Source of the DNA: a virus
Lineage: Duplodnaviria; Caudoviricetes
Virus record (IMG/VR): IMGVR_UViG_3300038556_000031
Span: 1 to 44,429 of that record
Strand: one strand, 5' to 3'
Length of the DNA: 44,429 nt
The notes under the pieces were generated by a model, which was not told the DNA's origin, ran no database searches, and was given only the letters and a program-made list of their open reading frames with translations. Below are positions 18,367 through 27,974 of the stretch, piece after piece; position 1 is the stretch's first letter; each line of letters starts with the position of its first letter. Both the position numbers and the translations under genes were made by a program.

Positions 18367-19293
18367 TTAAACCATGTACAATACTGTTTCTTCGGGCCAT
18401 CCGATTTGTGTACCGCCCTTAACTAGCATTTTGAAGAAAAACATTTCGCTGTTTGCCTGCAAGCGGTCAACGATCAAAACGTTTTCATCATTTTGCAAGG
18501 CTACGCCCATGTGCAAATTACTTGACGCGGTAGAGTTTGCCACGGCGGCAAAAATGCAGTCGTCAGGGAATCCATTAAGCGGCACAATGGTTTTGCCGCG
18601 GTAACGGGTTGGGGCCGTCATTGTCGGGTCAATGGATTTATACGGCAGGCTCATTAAATATTCTTCGTAAAGTTCCTGCGTGTAAGGGGAACAGAAATAT
18701 TTAAGGCTGGCATTTTTCTTTACTGCGCGGGGCACTGCCTTATGCACCAAGTCGAATTTATCCTTTACGTTCGCATTTGTCAACGCTACCGGGCTGGCGA
18801 TTTTGATAGTGCCAGCGGCAGCGGCGGCAATGGTTAGAATCCCGTCGAATTTGTCAAACGGCGCAACGCCAGATGCTTTGTCATTTGTCCAAATCGCCTC
18901 GCCGTGGTATTCGTCAATCTTGGCTAAAATCAATTCGGCCATTTGCACCTGAATAGCGGGCGGCAATTCGCGGAAAACCAAATTACCCGTCGGTTGGTAT
19001 GGCCGCCAATAGGTTTCAAAATCCCGGGGGTTAAATTCCAGGTAAATCATGTAGTCGTCTACTACCAAACTTCTTTCATCCAGCGTAAACGTGCCTTGTG
19101 AATCGCCGCTTACGGGCGTGGCCTTTCGGTCTTGGATGATCTGGCCCAACTTCATGCGCGGAATCGCTATTTTGCTTTCTACGTTGGGAATAATGCGGAT
19201 ATGCCCGCCGTCTACTACCTCGTTGCCAGTCATGGCACGGGTTAAAATGCCATCTAGCACCTCGCCATTATAGGCGGTTGTAATTGAAATCAT
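18367..19293 (-). CDS. Major capsid protein
   Basis: 308 aa directly after protease/scaffold; C-terminal FFFKMLVKGGTQIG.PEE.VLY. Confidence 0.8.
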   Translation of the reverse strand: MISITTAYNGEVLDGILTRAMTGNEVVDGGHIRIIPNVESKIAIPRMKLGQIIQDRKATPVSGDSQGTFTLDERSLVVDDYMIYLEFNPRDFETYWRPYQPTGNLVFRELPPAIQVQMAELILAKIDEYHGEAIWTNDKASGVAPFDKFDGILTIAAAAAGTIKIASPVALTNANVKDKFDLVHKAVPRAVKKNASLKYFCSPYTQELYEEYLMSLPYKSIDPTMTAPTRYRGKTIVPLNGFPDDCIFAAVANSTASSNLHMGVALQNDENVLIVDRLQANSEMFFFKMLVKGGTQIGWPEETVLYMV

Positions 19294-19414
19294 TTTACGT
19301 TATATTTGATTTTTAATTGGGTGATTGTCAGGTACTTACGGCGACCTTTACCGCGATAAAAGGGGCAGGCTTACGGGCCTGCTTTCTGGTTTGGGTTGTG
19401 TGTGTTGGGGCGGC

Positions 19415-20569
19415 TTATCTGTGCTTTGCCATCAGTTCGGCTTGCCGTTCTTGGAAAGACTTGATTTTATAGCCAGTATCAACAGCGGCGGCAGGTTGTG
19501 CGGGGTTTTGTCCGATTCCGCTAGAAAGTTTTGCCCGGGGGCTAATGGTTTTTAAAGCCGCTTCGGCAGTCTCGAAATTATCAGTCGCCAACTTTGTCCA
19601 GTGCTGTACAATGTCTTCCCCTGTGCCTATTCTGCCGTCTTTTTGGGCTTCGGCAATCATAGCCGTAATGCGGGCGGCCTGAATTTCGGCTTTCTCTTTT
19701 TCGTACTGCTTTACTTTTTCGTTTGCCGTGGCTAGGTCGTTTTGGGCATTCTGTAGACTGGCCTGAGCCGTCGCCAATTCGCCCGCAAGGACTTTAATAC
19801 GCCCGGCGGCGTCGTTTGCTTTGGCTACAATTTCGGCTTGCGTCGCCGAGGGTTGCAGGCCCAAAGCTGACGCGATAATCTGTAGTTCGTTCATGCTTTT
19901 TGGATTGTTAATAGATTGATTTTCTGAATGTTGGGCCTGTGCTTGGGGGTCGCCGTCTATTATCTGCTGGTAATAGGCTTGCATTTTGTCCAGGCCCGAA
20001 CCGGGGGCCGCTTTAATCCCGGCTTTGTCGGTTTTCTTTACTTCGTCCGCTAATCCGGCGGCTAGGGCTTCACTTGGCGAAAACCACTTATCGACGCCAG
20101 AAACCAGAAAAGCGGCTGTTACCTCTGCCTCACTTTTCCCGGTGCGTTTGGCTGTGAGTGTGGTAAGGGACGCTTTGAAAGATTCCAGGGCCGATAAATC
20201 GTTTTCGCTGGCTAGGTAGCCGCTAGGGTAGGACGGCTCATGTAGCATAAGGTTTGCATAGTCGGCCATTACGCGGCGTTGCCCGCATAGAAAAATAAAA
20301 GCCGCCATACTGCCCGCTACGCCGTCGTTATAGGTGTGTATAGTTAATTTGGAATTGAGAAGGGCCGCTACGATGCTGTACCCGTGCTGTACATTACCGC
20401 CGCCGGAATTAATGCGGATATTTATTTTTTTGACCCCTGCCGCCTCCAAATAGCGGAACTCTGCAAGAAAGGCTACGGCTAACGCTTCATCTATACCCGC
20501 GTAAAGAAGCATATCTACTTCTTCCATTGAGTACGAAAAAGCCCGTATGTGTTTAAAATCTATTGCCAT
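19415..20569 (-). CDS. ClpP-type (S14/S49) prohead protease with scaffold coiled coil
   Basis: INSGGG, GVAGSMA (Ser), MLHEP (His), WFSPSEALAAGLADEV; coiled-coil C-terminus. Confidence 0.92.
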   Translation of the reverse strand: MAIDFKHIRAFSYSMEEVDMLLYAGIDEALAVAFLAEFRYLEAAGVKKINIRINSGGGNVQHGYSIVAALLNSKLTIHTYNDGVAGSMAAFIFLCGQRRVMADYANLMLHEPSYPSGYLASENDLSALESFKASLTTLTAKRTGKSEAEVTAAFLVSGVDKWFSPSEALAAGLADEVKKTDKAGIKAAPGSGLDKMQAYYQQIIDGDPQAQAQHSENQSINNPKSMNELQIIASALGLQPSATQAEIVAKANDAAGRIKVLAGELATAQASLQNAQNDLATANEKVKQYEKEKAEIQAARITAMIAEAQKDGRIGTGEDIVQHWTKLATDNFETAEAALKTISPRAKLSSGIGQNPAQPAAAVDTGYKIKSFQERQAELMAKHR

Positions 20570-20733
20570 AGTCTGCCGTAAAAATTTAATGAAGCAAAAC
20601 TATGGCGGTGGGTAATTGGTGGATTGTAAATATTACATTTTGTATATTGCTATATAGCAGATTATGTAATAATTACATTTTTTAATATCTTTTGTCGCCT
20701 TACCTTTGTAATGTAACAAAATCGCTCGTACCT
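20570..20733. promoter_or_regulatory. Divergent control region between the two late arms
   Basis: TAGTTTTG on minus (20595-20602), TACCTTTG on plus (20701-20708), TGTAA..TTACA short palindromes at 20625 and 20665. Confidence 0.6.
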
Positions 20734-20943
20734 ATGCAGAAACGAAACCGGACAGACGACGCCAAAGCATTGAAACAACGGCGTAATAATGATCTAATAG
20801 CCTTTTTCTATGAATTAAGGCGGATGAACCCCCAAGAATTGCTATCAGTCACCTATGAAGATGTAGCGTATAGATTCTACGTTACCAAACAGACAGTCGA
20901 AAAACTGATAGCCCGGGACGGGAAAAAATTTATAGGGGCATAA
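20734..20943 (+). CDS. Small HTH protein, candidate late regulator (Mor/C-like C-terminus)
   Basis: KQRRNNDL..YEDVAYRFYVTKQTVEKLI; divergent from protease; ATG 20734 preferred over track start. Confidence 0.55.
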   Translation: MQKRNRTDDAKALKQRRNNDLIAFFYELRRMNPQELLSVTYEDVAYRFYVTKQTVEKLIARDGKKFIGA

Positions 20944-21008
20944 GCTATTTTTTTTGCCCCTTAGTATAGCAGATGTTGAAATGATTTATAAATTAACCTT
21001 TTACACTT

Positions 21009-21464
21009 ATGCGATTTAAACACAAATTACTATCTGCAAAAACGGCCATTGCCGCCGCCCTTACCAGCTTTACGACCCGGACAAAATCGCTGTTCATTCC
21101 GACTAAGGAAAAAGCCCCGGTAGAACAAATGCCAAAGGCCGCCCAACTCGCCCCGCCAACGGCAGTAAAAACGGTATCCGTACCCGTGGCCCGTCTGTGC
21201 TGGCTGGCCCTTAGAGGCGAACGGCCCGAGGGTATGACTTTTCACGAATACCGTAAACTGCTGGCCCAACAAAACAAGATTCTACGCCGCTACAGAAAGG
21301 GCAGTTTAATTTTTGTTTCGTCGGTCTTGGTAAACAAGAAAGACAAGAAAGGCCGCAACATGGAAGTAACTAACCAGCGCGGGCAGAAAGTCCCGGTAAT
21401 GACCAAGACAAAGGGCGTAACCTACCTTAAAAAGCTACACGGCTTACTATCCTTTACCCGCTAA
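21009..21464 (+). CDS. Hypothetical basic protein
   Basis: 151-aa ATG ORF; operator-like box at 20965-20977 upstream. Confidence 0.6.
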   Translation: MRFKHKLLSAKTAIAAALTSFTTRTKSLFIPTKEKAPVEQMPKAAQLAPPTAVKTVSVPVARLCWLALRGERPEGMTFHEYRKLLAQQNKILRRYRKGSLIFVSSVLVNKKDKKGRNMEVTNQRGQKVPVMTKTKGVTYLKKLHGLLSFTR

Positions 21465-21513
21465 CCCTCAAACCTTTAATCAGCTATCATCTTTCCGCTA
21501 TCATTTTTCACTC

Positions 21514-21687
21514 ATGCAGGCACTACAGATAACATTTTGCAACCTATCGGACAAAATCGAGGATTTGATTTTTCAGGCCCAGGGCGGGGCCATTACCATA
21601 GAACAGGCTACCGATAAGATACAGGCCATTTGCGAACGGTCGGCCAAAAAGCAAATCGAAGAACATTTACAACTCATTGCCAAATAA
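21514..21687 (+). CDS. Hypothetical 57-aa protein (below ORF-track cutoff)
   Basis: MQALQITFCNLSDKIEDLIFQAQGGAITIEQATDKIQAICERSAKKQIEEHLQLIAK fills the operon gap. Confidence 0.6.
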   Translation: MQALQITFCNLSDKIEDLIFQAQGGAITIEQATDKIQAICERSAKKQIEEHLQLIAK

Positions 21688-21704
21688 ACCCCCTTTTTAT
21701 TCGT

Positions 21705-22094
21705 ATGCAACCATTGACACAAACCGCCCAAAATGGCGAAATGAGCAAGCAGGCCCGTTTTATCCTGCTATCTGTTAAATACCTTCTTTTCGGGCTTGGC
21801 CTTGTGCTGCTGGCCTTAAAAGATATAGAGTTGGCCTTAATTCTGGCCGTTTTTATTCTCGCCAGTCTCGTACCGTTTTTCTATGCCTTGTATAAGGTTC
21901 TGCGTGTGATTTTCATAGTGCGGCGAATCAGTCGGAAACTAAGGAAAAGCCAAAAGGCCGCCCCGGCTCCTGCCGTGCCCCCGTCGGATGTGCCCCCGGT
22001 AGATGATCTGCTAACCGATCAGGACATTACCATACCATTAGGCGACTACACAATAGGTACACAAAGCAAAGAAGGCACAGAAAGCAAAGAATAG
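21705..22094 (+). CDS. Hypothetical membrane protein
   Basis: Two hydrophobic segments; ATG 21705. Confidence 0.6.
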   Translation: MQPLTQTAQNGEMSKQARFILLSVKYLLFGLGLVLLALKDIELALILAVFILASLVPFFYALYKVLRVIFIVRRISRKLRKSQKAAPAPAVPPSDVPPVDDLLTDQDITIPLGDYTIGTQSKEGTESKE

Positions 22095-22095
22095 A

Positions 22096-22557
22096 ATGTT
22101 TCAATCTCGAAAAAATATCTTAGTCGGCATTGACCCGGGCGTAAATACCGGGCTTGCCGTCTACAATCAGATTAGCGGGCAACTGGACACGGTTTTAACC
22201 TGTGACATACTGGCGGCAATGGAAACGATTGACGGGCTTGTAAATCAGGTAAAACAAGGCAGCTACGGGCAAAGCGTCGCCGTTATTCTTTACGTGGAAA
22301 ACCCAAACCTGCGTACATTTTTCGGAAAGACGGGCCGCGAAGTATTGCAGGGGGCGGGCAGTGTGAAACGCGATTTTTCCATTTGGGAAACCTACGCCCA
22401 AAAACGCGGCTTGCAGCTAGTGGGAATACACCCCAAAAATTCCGGCGGCAAGTTTGAAGGAAAGGCCGGGGCCGAACTTTTCAAAAAGGTTACAGGCTGG
22501 CAAAAACTCACCTCTACGCACGCCCGCCAAGCGGCGGCCCTTGTCTATGCCCGTTAA
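22096..22557 (+). CDS. RuvC-like Holliday junction resolvase fold protein
   Basis: LVGIDPGVNTGLAV, YVENP, F...TGW...TSTHARQAA. Confidence 0.75.
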   Translation: MFQSRKNILVGIDPGVNTGLAVYNQISGQLDTVLTCDILAAMETIDGLVNQVKQGSYGQSVAVILYVENPNLRTFFGKTGREVLQGAGSVKRDFSIWETYAQKRGLQLVGIHPKNSGGKFEGKAGAELFKKVTGWQKLTSTHARQAAALVYAR

Positions 22558-22659
22558 ACCGTCTATGCTCGCTAATCTGATTTACAAACTTTCTCAATGG
22601 GTGCGGGGCCTTGTGGTTCCGCCCTTTTCTATTTTCTAACCAGCCAATTAAAAATCAAC

Positions 22660-22842
22660 ATGAAATTACTGAAAGGCTTAAAATGGGACTTTTACGTTCC
22701 CTTTGTTCTCTTTATCGGCTTTGTCGCTTACGGCCTGTATAGCTGGCTAGAGGGCGGGCAATATTGTTTTTACTTCGGGCTCATTTGCGGGGCCTGCCTG
22801 TGTCTGTTTCAATATCTGGAAAACCGGGGGGTTTTGAAATGA
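22660..22842 (+). CDS. Small two-TM membrane protein
   Basis: Leader motif at 22644-22657 before ATG 22660; ATGA overlap with next gene. Confidence 0.6.
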   Translation: MKLLKGLKWDFYVPFVLFIGFVAYGLYSWLEGGQYCFYFGLICGACLCLFQYLENRGVLK

Positions 22843-23252
22843 TAGCCGCTTTTATGCTTTTGTCGGTAGCCGTGTTTACGGCCCTTCTGGCAATAGATAG
22901 AGGCACGGACTTGCATCTATTCGGAACAACGCTAATAAACCATTCCAGGGGCGTCGTATTGCGTTTGCCGGGCATTCTGGCCGCCGGGGCCGCAATGGCC
23001 GCGGCTTTAAACGTGAATACGGGCTTTGACTGGCTACTTTTCGGCTATTGCTGCTATTACCTTGCCGCCCTTTTCTGGATACTTTTTGATATTAGTTTAA
23101 ATCTGTCAAAGGGGTTTTACTGGCTCCGCATTGGTAAAACGGCTTGGATTGACAAGCAACTACAGAAAATCGGCCCTGTATGGGCCTTTGTCCTCAAACT
23201 GGCCGCGCTATTGTTGGCCGCCGCCCTAATTGTAATGCACATTACAAAATAA
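22839..23252 (+). CDS. Hypothetical multi-TM membrane protein
   Basis: About 4 hydrophobic segments; WILFD..LN..G....IG.TA..DK pattern. Confidence 0.6.
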   Translation: MIAAFMLLSVAVFTALLAIDRGTDLHLFGTTLINHSRGVVLRLPGILAAGAAMAAALNVNTGFDWLLFGYCCYYLAALFWILFDISLNLSKGFYWLRIGKTAWIDKQLQKIGPVWAFVLKLAALLLAAALIVMHITK

Positions 23253-23264
23253 CCTTTTTCAGCT

Positions 23265-23840
23265 ATGGAAGAATTACAAGAAAGCCCGCATCCCAACGCC
23301 CGCAAGCGTTCGGAAATCGAAAAAGAGCAAGATATTTTATTGGAAGTGAAAATGTATTTAGAGGGCTTAACGCTTCGGGAAATCGTTGACAAAATGAGCC
23401 AATTACGCGATTATTCACTTTCATTAGAACAAATACGGCTAGACATTAAAAAGGCCCGCGAAGGCTGGCAGGCCGAAAGCAAAGAACTAATCGGCGAACA
23501 CATCTTTTTGCAACTGGCGAAGCTGGATAAACTGGAATACTCCCTTTGGCAAGAATGGGAACAGTCCGGCGGCAACATTGAAATAGTAACCAAGCGGACA
23601 AACGGCGAAGTATACGGCAATATCGTTATGGAAGAAATTACCAAAACCGAACGCAAAGGCCGCGATATGACGTATGCAAACGGGATTTTAAATTGTATTG
23701 ACAAACGGGCCAAGCTGTTAGGCTTGTACAGCGAAACCCTGAAAATAACCCCGGACAATAACGAAGATAACAAAGGCTTTGTATTTAATTTGGTAGTGCC
23801 AGCCGGGGCCAGCCCAGCCGAGGGGGCCGCAAATGGCTAA
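23265..23840 (+). CDS. Terminase small subunit (putative)
   Basis: N-terminal HTH, CIDKRAKLLGL motif, overlaps large subunit start. Confidence 0.7.
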   Translation: MEELQESPHPNARKRSEIEKEQDILLEVKMYLEGLTLREIVDKMSQLRDYSLSLEQIRLDIKKAREGWQAESKELIGEHIFLQLAKLDKLEYSLWQEWEQSGGNIEIVTKRTNGEVYGNIVMEEITKTERKGRDMTYANGILNCIDKRAKLLGLYSETLKITPDNNEDNKGFVFNLVVPAGASPAEGAANG

Positions 23841-25260
23841 TACCAGCTTTGCGCCTTCATTGCCTCAATTTGAGGCATGGCAGGCGTTGGAAGATAAAAC
23901 AACCCAATGGGTAGCCTACGGCGGGGCGGCAGGGGGCGGCAAATCGTTTTTGGGCTGCTACTGGAAAATATACCGCCGCATGGCTTACCCAGGCACGCGG
24001 GGCGTAATCTGCCGGGAAACAAAAATATCGCTTCGCGAATCTACAATTATCACTTATAACAAGGTCTTGGGGCTTTGCGGCCTGAAATCCGGCATAGATT
24101 ACCGATTCAATGGCACATACTTAACCTATGAGTTTGCCAACGGGTCAAAAGAAATATTCCGGGATTTGGAGTATTTGCCATCTGACCCGGATTACCAGCG
24201 TTTAGGCTCATTAGAAGTAACTGACGCTTGGATTGAGGAAGATTTTGCAACCATTCCCGAAAAGGCGGCAGACGTCCTAAAAACCCGTATCCGCTGGATG
24301 CTTCACGACTATAATTTAGTGCCTAAACTGCTGCTTACCACTAACCCGGGCTACCATTGGATTAGAACCCGATTTATCAAAGACGCCGAAAATAACCCGG
24401 TAGTTTTGCGGGCAAACGAAAAGTTTATTTCGGCCAAAGTTACCGACAATCCCGACGCGGCATTTGTGGAAATCTACAAAGCCAGCTTAGAAGATATGCG
24501 CTCACAGTATGACAGAGCCCGACTACTTGACGGCGATTGGGACGCCATCGAAAAAACAGGGGGCGAATTTTACCATAGTTTCGATTTTCTTACACACGTT
24601 GGCGACTATAGGGGATTGTACAAAAACGATACCGTATTGCACGTAAGTTTTGACTTTAATACCTTGCCGTATGTTTCGTGTACGCTTTGGCAGGCCGACG
24701 GTAAAACAGTAACCCAAATACGGGAAATATGCCTACCGCCGCCCCAAAACAACACACCGGACACGGCCCGCAAGCTGGCCGAACTGTTCAACCAGCACAA
24801 AGGAGAAATTTACATTTACGGCGACCCGGCAGGCCGACACAAAGACACCCGGGACGAAAGGGGTAGAAATGACTATTCAATTATACTTGAAACCTTACGC
24901 GCAAAAGGTTTTCGGGTTTCTGAAAAAGTTGATTCAAAGGCCCCCTCTGTAAATGTAAGAGGTCTATTTATTAACGAAATTTTTAAAGCAAACTACAGCG
25001 GTATTCGCATACAAATTGATAATTCCTGTATGAATACAATAAAGGATTATCAGCAAGTGCAGAAAGACCGCAACGGCAACAAAGACAAAAAACGAATCAC
25101 CGACCCGCGCACTAAGGTTAGTTATGAACCCATAGGCCACACAAGCGATGCAAACGATTATTTTCTATGTCGCTTTTTCTTAAATGAATACATTGCATTT
25201 CAAGCCAAACAAACAGATGTACAAACAGCACCGCGAAACGCAAGAACACACCAAGTTTAA
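23833..25260 (+). CDS. terL: Terminase large subunit
   Basis: YGGAAGGGKS Walker A, AWIEE Walker B, TTNP, RLLDGDWD, SFDFN, GDPAG, GHTSDA nuclease motifs. Confidence 0.95.
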   Translation: MANTSFAPSLPQFEAWQALEDKTTQWVAYGGAAGGGKSFLGCYWKIYRRMAYPGTRGVICRETKISLRESTIITYNKVLGLCGLKSGIDYRFNGTYLTYEFANGSKEIFRDLEYLPSDPDYQRLGSLEVTDAWIEEDFATIPEKAADVLKTRIRWMLHDYNLVPKLLLTTNPGYHWIRTRFIKDAENNPVVLRANEKFISAKVTDNPDAAFVEIYKASLEDMRSQYDRARLLDGDWDAIEKTGGEFYHSFDFLTHVGDYRGLYKNDTVLHVSFDFNTLPYVSCTLWQADGKTVTQIREICLPPPQNNTPDTARKLAELFNQHKGEIYIYGDPAGRHKDTRDERGRNDYSIILETLRAKGFRVSEKVDSKAPSVNVRGLFINEIFKANYSGIRIQIDNSCMNTIKDYQQVQKDRNGNKDKKRITDPRTKVSYEPIGHTSDANDYFLCRFFLNEYIAFQAKQTDVQTAPRNARTHQV

Positions 25261-25498
25261 ACCCGCTACTTTTTACAAAGTGTACATTGCAAAAGAGTTA
25301 AGAAGCGACCTGAAAAAGTACTACCCAGTACTAGCCCGGATAAATGAAGAAAATCTAATCAAAAGCCTTTTCACCGAAAAAGTCCCGTTAATCGCCCCCG
25401 GGATGGATTATTTGTGGTATGAAGAACAAAGGCCACGGCCCGGCGTTCCCGGCCTGCTGGCAATCGCATTACAAAACCCGCTTTCTAGCCTAAACTAA
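25184..25498 (+). CDS. Hypothetical protein (start uncertain)
   Basis: Fills gap after terL, overlaps its end. Confidence 0.4.
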   Translation: MNTLHFKPNKQMYKQHRETQEHTKFKPATFYKVYIAKELRSDLKKYYPVLARINEENLIKSLFTEKVPLIAPGMDYLWYEEQRPRPGVPGLLAIALQNPLSSLN

Positions 25499-25595
25499 CG
25501 GGTTTTAACGACACAGGCGGGCCACTTCGCCCGCTTGTTTTATTTTCGATTACCTACCAATCAGTACCATTACCTACCAATTAAAAATCAAGTAA

Positions 25596-26048
25596 ATGGA
25601 TGCAAATTTAAAGTTTATCACTATGGCCGACCTTAGCGGGGCCATTGAAAACGACCAATTAGACGATTTAACCCAATCCACGCCCGCCCATCTGGAAAGG
25701 GCCGAACTGTCGGCCATTGACGAAATCAAAAGCTATCTACTCGTACCGGGCATTTATGACTTCGGCAAGATATTTGCAGCCCAGGCAGATAGGACGCCCG
25801 ACAATCCGCGCAATCAGTTTCTAGTGACTATGTGCGTAGATATTGCCCTGTATCACCTACACAAAAGCCTAGTGCCGCGCAACATTCCCGAAGTGCGTAT
25901 AACTGCCTACGAAAACGCCCTTAAATGGCTGGAAAAAGCCAAAGAAGGAAAGACCCGGCTAGAAGGGGCCATACTGCCGCCGGAAGAACAGACGCAAGGC
26001 GATTTTCACTTTATTTCTGTACACCCAAAACAGAATTGGTATTTTTAA
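25596..26048 (+). CDS. Mu gp36-like head-tail adaptor (DUF1320)
   Basis: AIDEIKSYL, CVDIALYHLH, YENALKWL. Confidence 0.85.
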   Translation: MDANLKFITMADLSGAIENDQLDDLTQSTPAHLERAELSAIDEIKSYLLVPGIYDFGKIFAAQADRTPDNPRNQFLVTMCVDIALYHLHKSLVPRNIPEVRITAYENALKWLEKAKEGKTRLEGAILPPEEQTQGDFHFISVHPKQNWYF

Positions 26049-26142
26049 CCGCCGCCCCTTCAAACAGTAACTTTCTTACCTTTTCTTACCTGCCATTTTC
26101 CCCCGGCGGGCTCATGTATCATTTACACCCTCCTACACAAAA

Positions 26143-27294
26143 ATGCAATCGCAAGAACTATCTAAAATCATCCATAAAGAAGTTATCCGCATGGATAGGG
26201 GCCGTAAATCCATTCAGGATATGGTAAACGCTTGGATTTACGCCGAACACCCTACAAGCCCGACTATTTACAAGCTGGTAGATTTGTATGAGTATTTAAT
26301 GTTAGACGAACATTTAACCGCGGCCATTGAGAATAACCGCAAACTACCGACGCTTTCGGCCAACTGGATTTTACAGGATTCATCCGGGGCGGCCAGTGAT
26401 GAAAAGAAAGCCCTTTTGCAAACCGAATGGTTTTATGATCTGGTTTCGTCAATGCTGGATAGTATCTTTCACGGGTTTACCCTGACTGAATTGCAATTTG
26501 ACGGCAAACAGGTAAAAGATATTATCAACTTAGAACGGCGGTGCATCATTCCGCAACGCAAATTAGTAGTACCCTACCAAACGGCCCGCTATGGCGAAAC
26601 GTGGGAAGGTACGGAAATTGAGGATTTGTATATTTTCCGTTTCAAGCCGCAACAATGGGGCCTACTGCTAAAAGCCGCCCCGAACGTGATTTACAAACGC
26701 TATGCTATGGCCGCTTGGGTAGAGCATGCCGAAACCTTCGCCCTGCCGTTCATGCACGCCAAAACCGATATAGGCGACATTTCCAAAGTAACGAACCTGC
26801 GTAACCAGTTAGCCAGCGCGGGCCGGGGCCGTATGGCAATTACCGACTATTCCGACGAATTAACGGCGTCAAATATTTCCAGTTCCGACGCTTACCGTAT
26901 TTACGATCAATTGGCCGAACGGTGCGAAAAAGGCATTTCTAAGCTGATTCTAGGGCAAACTATGACAATGGCCGACGGTTCCAGCCGTTCACAAGCCGAG
27001 GTACACCAGGACGTACTACAGCTCATTTTGACGGCTGATATGCTAATGATTGAAACCATTGTAAACACCCAGCTAATACCCAAGCTGATAAACTTAGGCT
27101 ATCCGCTTAAAGGCTATAGGTTTTGCTACCATGTTACCCGGGAATTGACACTACAGGATAAAATAAACCTGTATGCCTTGCTATTGCAGTATTACGACAT
27201 TTCCGAAGAAGAAATAGAGGAAAAATTCGGCGTTGAGGTTGTAGCCAAAGCCAAAGAGCAGGCCAGCAAACAGGCCGCCCCGGTAGAGCAATAA
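26143..27294 (+). CDS. Portal protein (Mu gp29 / DUF935-like)
   Basis: LDEHL, GLL..AAP..YKR....W..AE.F..P, ISKLILGQTMT..GSSRSQAEVH. Confidence 0.9.
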   Translation: MQSQELSKIIHKEVIRMDRGRKSIQDMVNAWIYAEHPTSPTIYKLVDLYEYLMLDEHLTAAIENNRKLPTLSANWILQDSSGAASDEKKALLQTEWFYDLVSSMLDSIFHGFTLTELQFDGKQVKDIINLERRCIIPQRKLVVPYQTARYGETWEGTEIEDLYIFRFKPQQWGLLLKAAPNVIYKRYAMAAWVEHAETFALPFMHAKTDIGDISKVTNLRNQLASAGRGRMAITDYSDELTASNISSSDAYRIYDQLAERCEKGISKLILGQTMTMADGSSRSQAEVHQDVLQLILTADMLMIETIVNTQLIPKLINLGYPLKGYRFCYHVTRELTLQDKINLYALLLQYYDISEEEIEEKFGVEVVAKAKEQASKQAAPVEQ

Positions 27295-27299
27295 AACAA

Positions 27300-27327
27300 A
27301 AGCCCGGTTACTAGCCGGGCCTTTTTT
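27300..27327. terminator. Bidirectional terminator (GCCCGG hairpin family)
   Basis: GCCCGGTTACTAGCCGGGC flanked by A/T tracts between convergent genes. Confidence 0.75.
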
Positions 27328-27907
27328 ATTTTCCTGTGTGAATGTGTAAAAACCGTTTGTAAAACTCCTGCAATGACTCTACGCCCCTAAAATCAAAATC
27401 AAATTCTACCGGGTCACACTTGCCGAATACCTTGTAAATGTAAAACAGGTTCAAAATAGGCGTTTTTGTAATGTGCATTACAATTTCGTCTACAATCTGC
27501 CGGGCGACTTGGTTACGGGTATATGTTCGGGCCTTGCCCTTGTGATGGTCAATATGCGTAACCCTATCCGCGCCCCTTTGGTCAAATTCATTGTAATACA
27601 ACTGTAGCCAGGATTGATATTTACTTATGCCTAATTCCTCAGAATCCACCGGGGCCGTACTTTCTTTATGGGCCAGCCGCAAAGCATCAAAGTACGTAAC
27701 TACAATTATTTCTAAAACCTCGTTCCCGGCGGGGGCGTTCCGTGGTTTCCGTGTAATGTAAACGGGCGACAATACCGGGTATCTCAGCTTGTAATCTACC
27801 TGTTGCCATTCGGGCACGCTGTAGCGTTCAAATGTCTTTTGAAATTCATCTACAATAGAGGCCCAGCTATGACCGTTGGGCGGGGTTGGATATTCTTTTT
27901 TATTCAT
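27326..27907 (-). CDS. Hypothetical protein, antisense moron between portal and gpF
   Basis: 193-aa ATG ORF with operator-like box at 27960-27972 upstream. Confidence 0.7.
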   Translation of the reverse strand: MNKKEYPTPPNGHSWASIVDEFQKTFERYSVPEWQQVDYKLRYPVLSPVYITRKPRNAPAGNEVLEIIVVTYFDALRLAHKESTAPVDSEELGISKYQSWLQLYYNEFDQRGADRVTHIDHHKGKARTYTRNQVARQIVDEIVMHITKTPILNLFYIYKVFGKCDPVEFDFDFRGVESLQEFYKRFLHIHTGK

Positions 27908-27974
27908 GGCGTTAAGTTGTTTTACGCCCTAAAAATAGTAACTTTGCTATATAAAAACAAACAAATGCTATACA

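Noticed and set aside
276-20219. Many plus-strand ORFs opposite the tail/head genes
   Set aside because: Antisense shadows of well-supported minus-strand genes, no motifs
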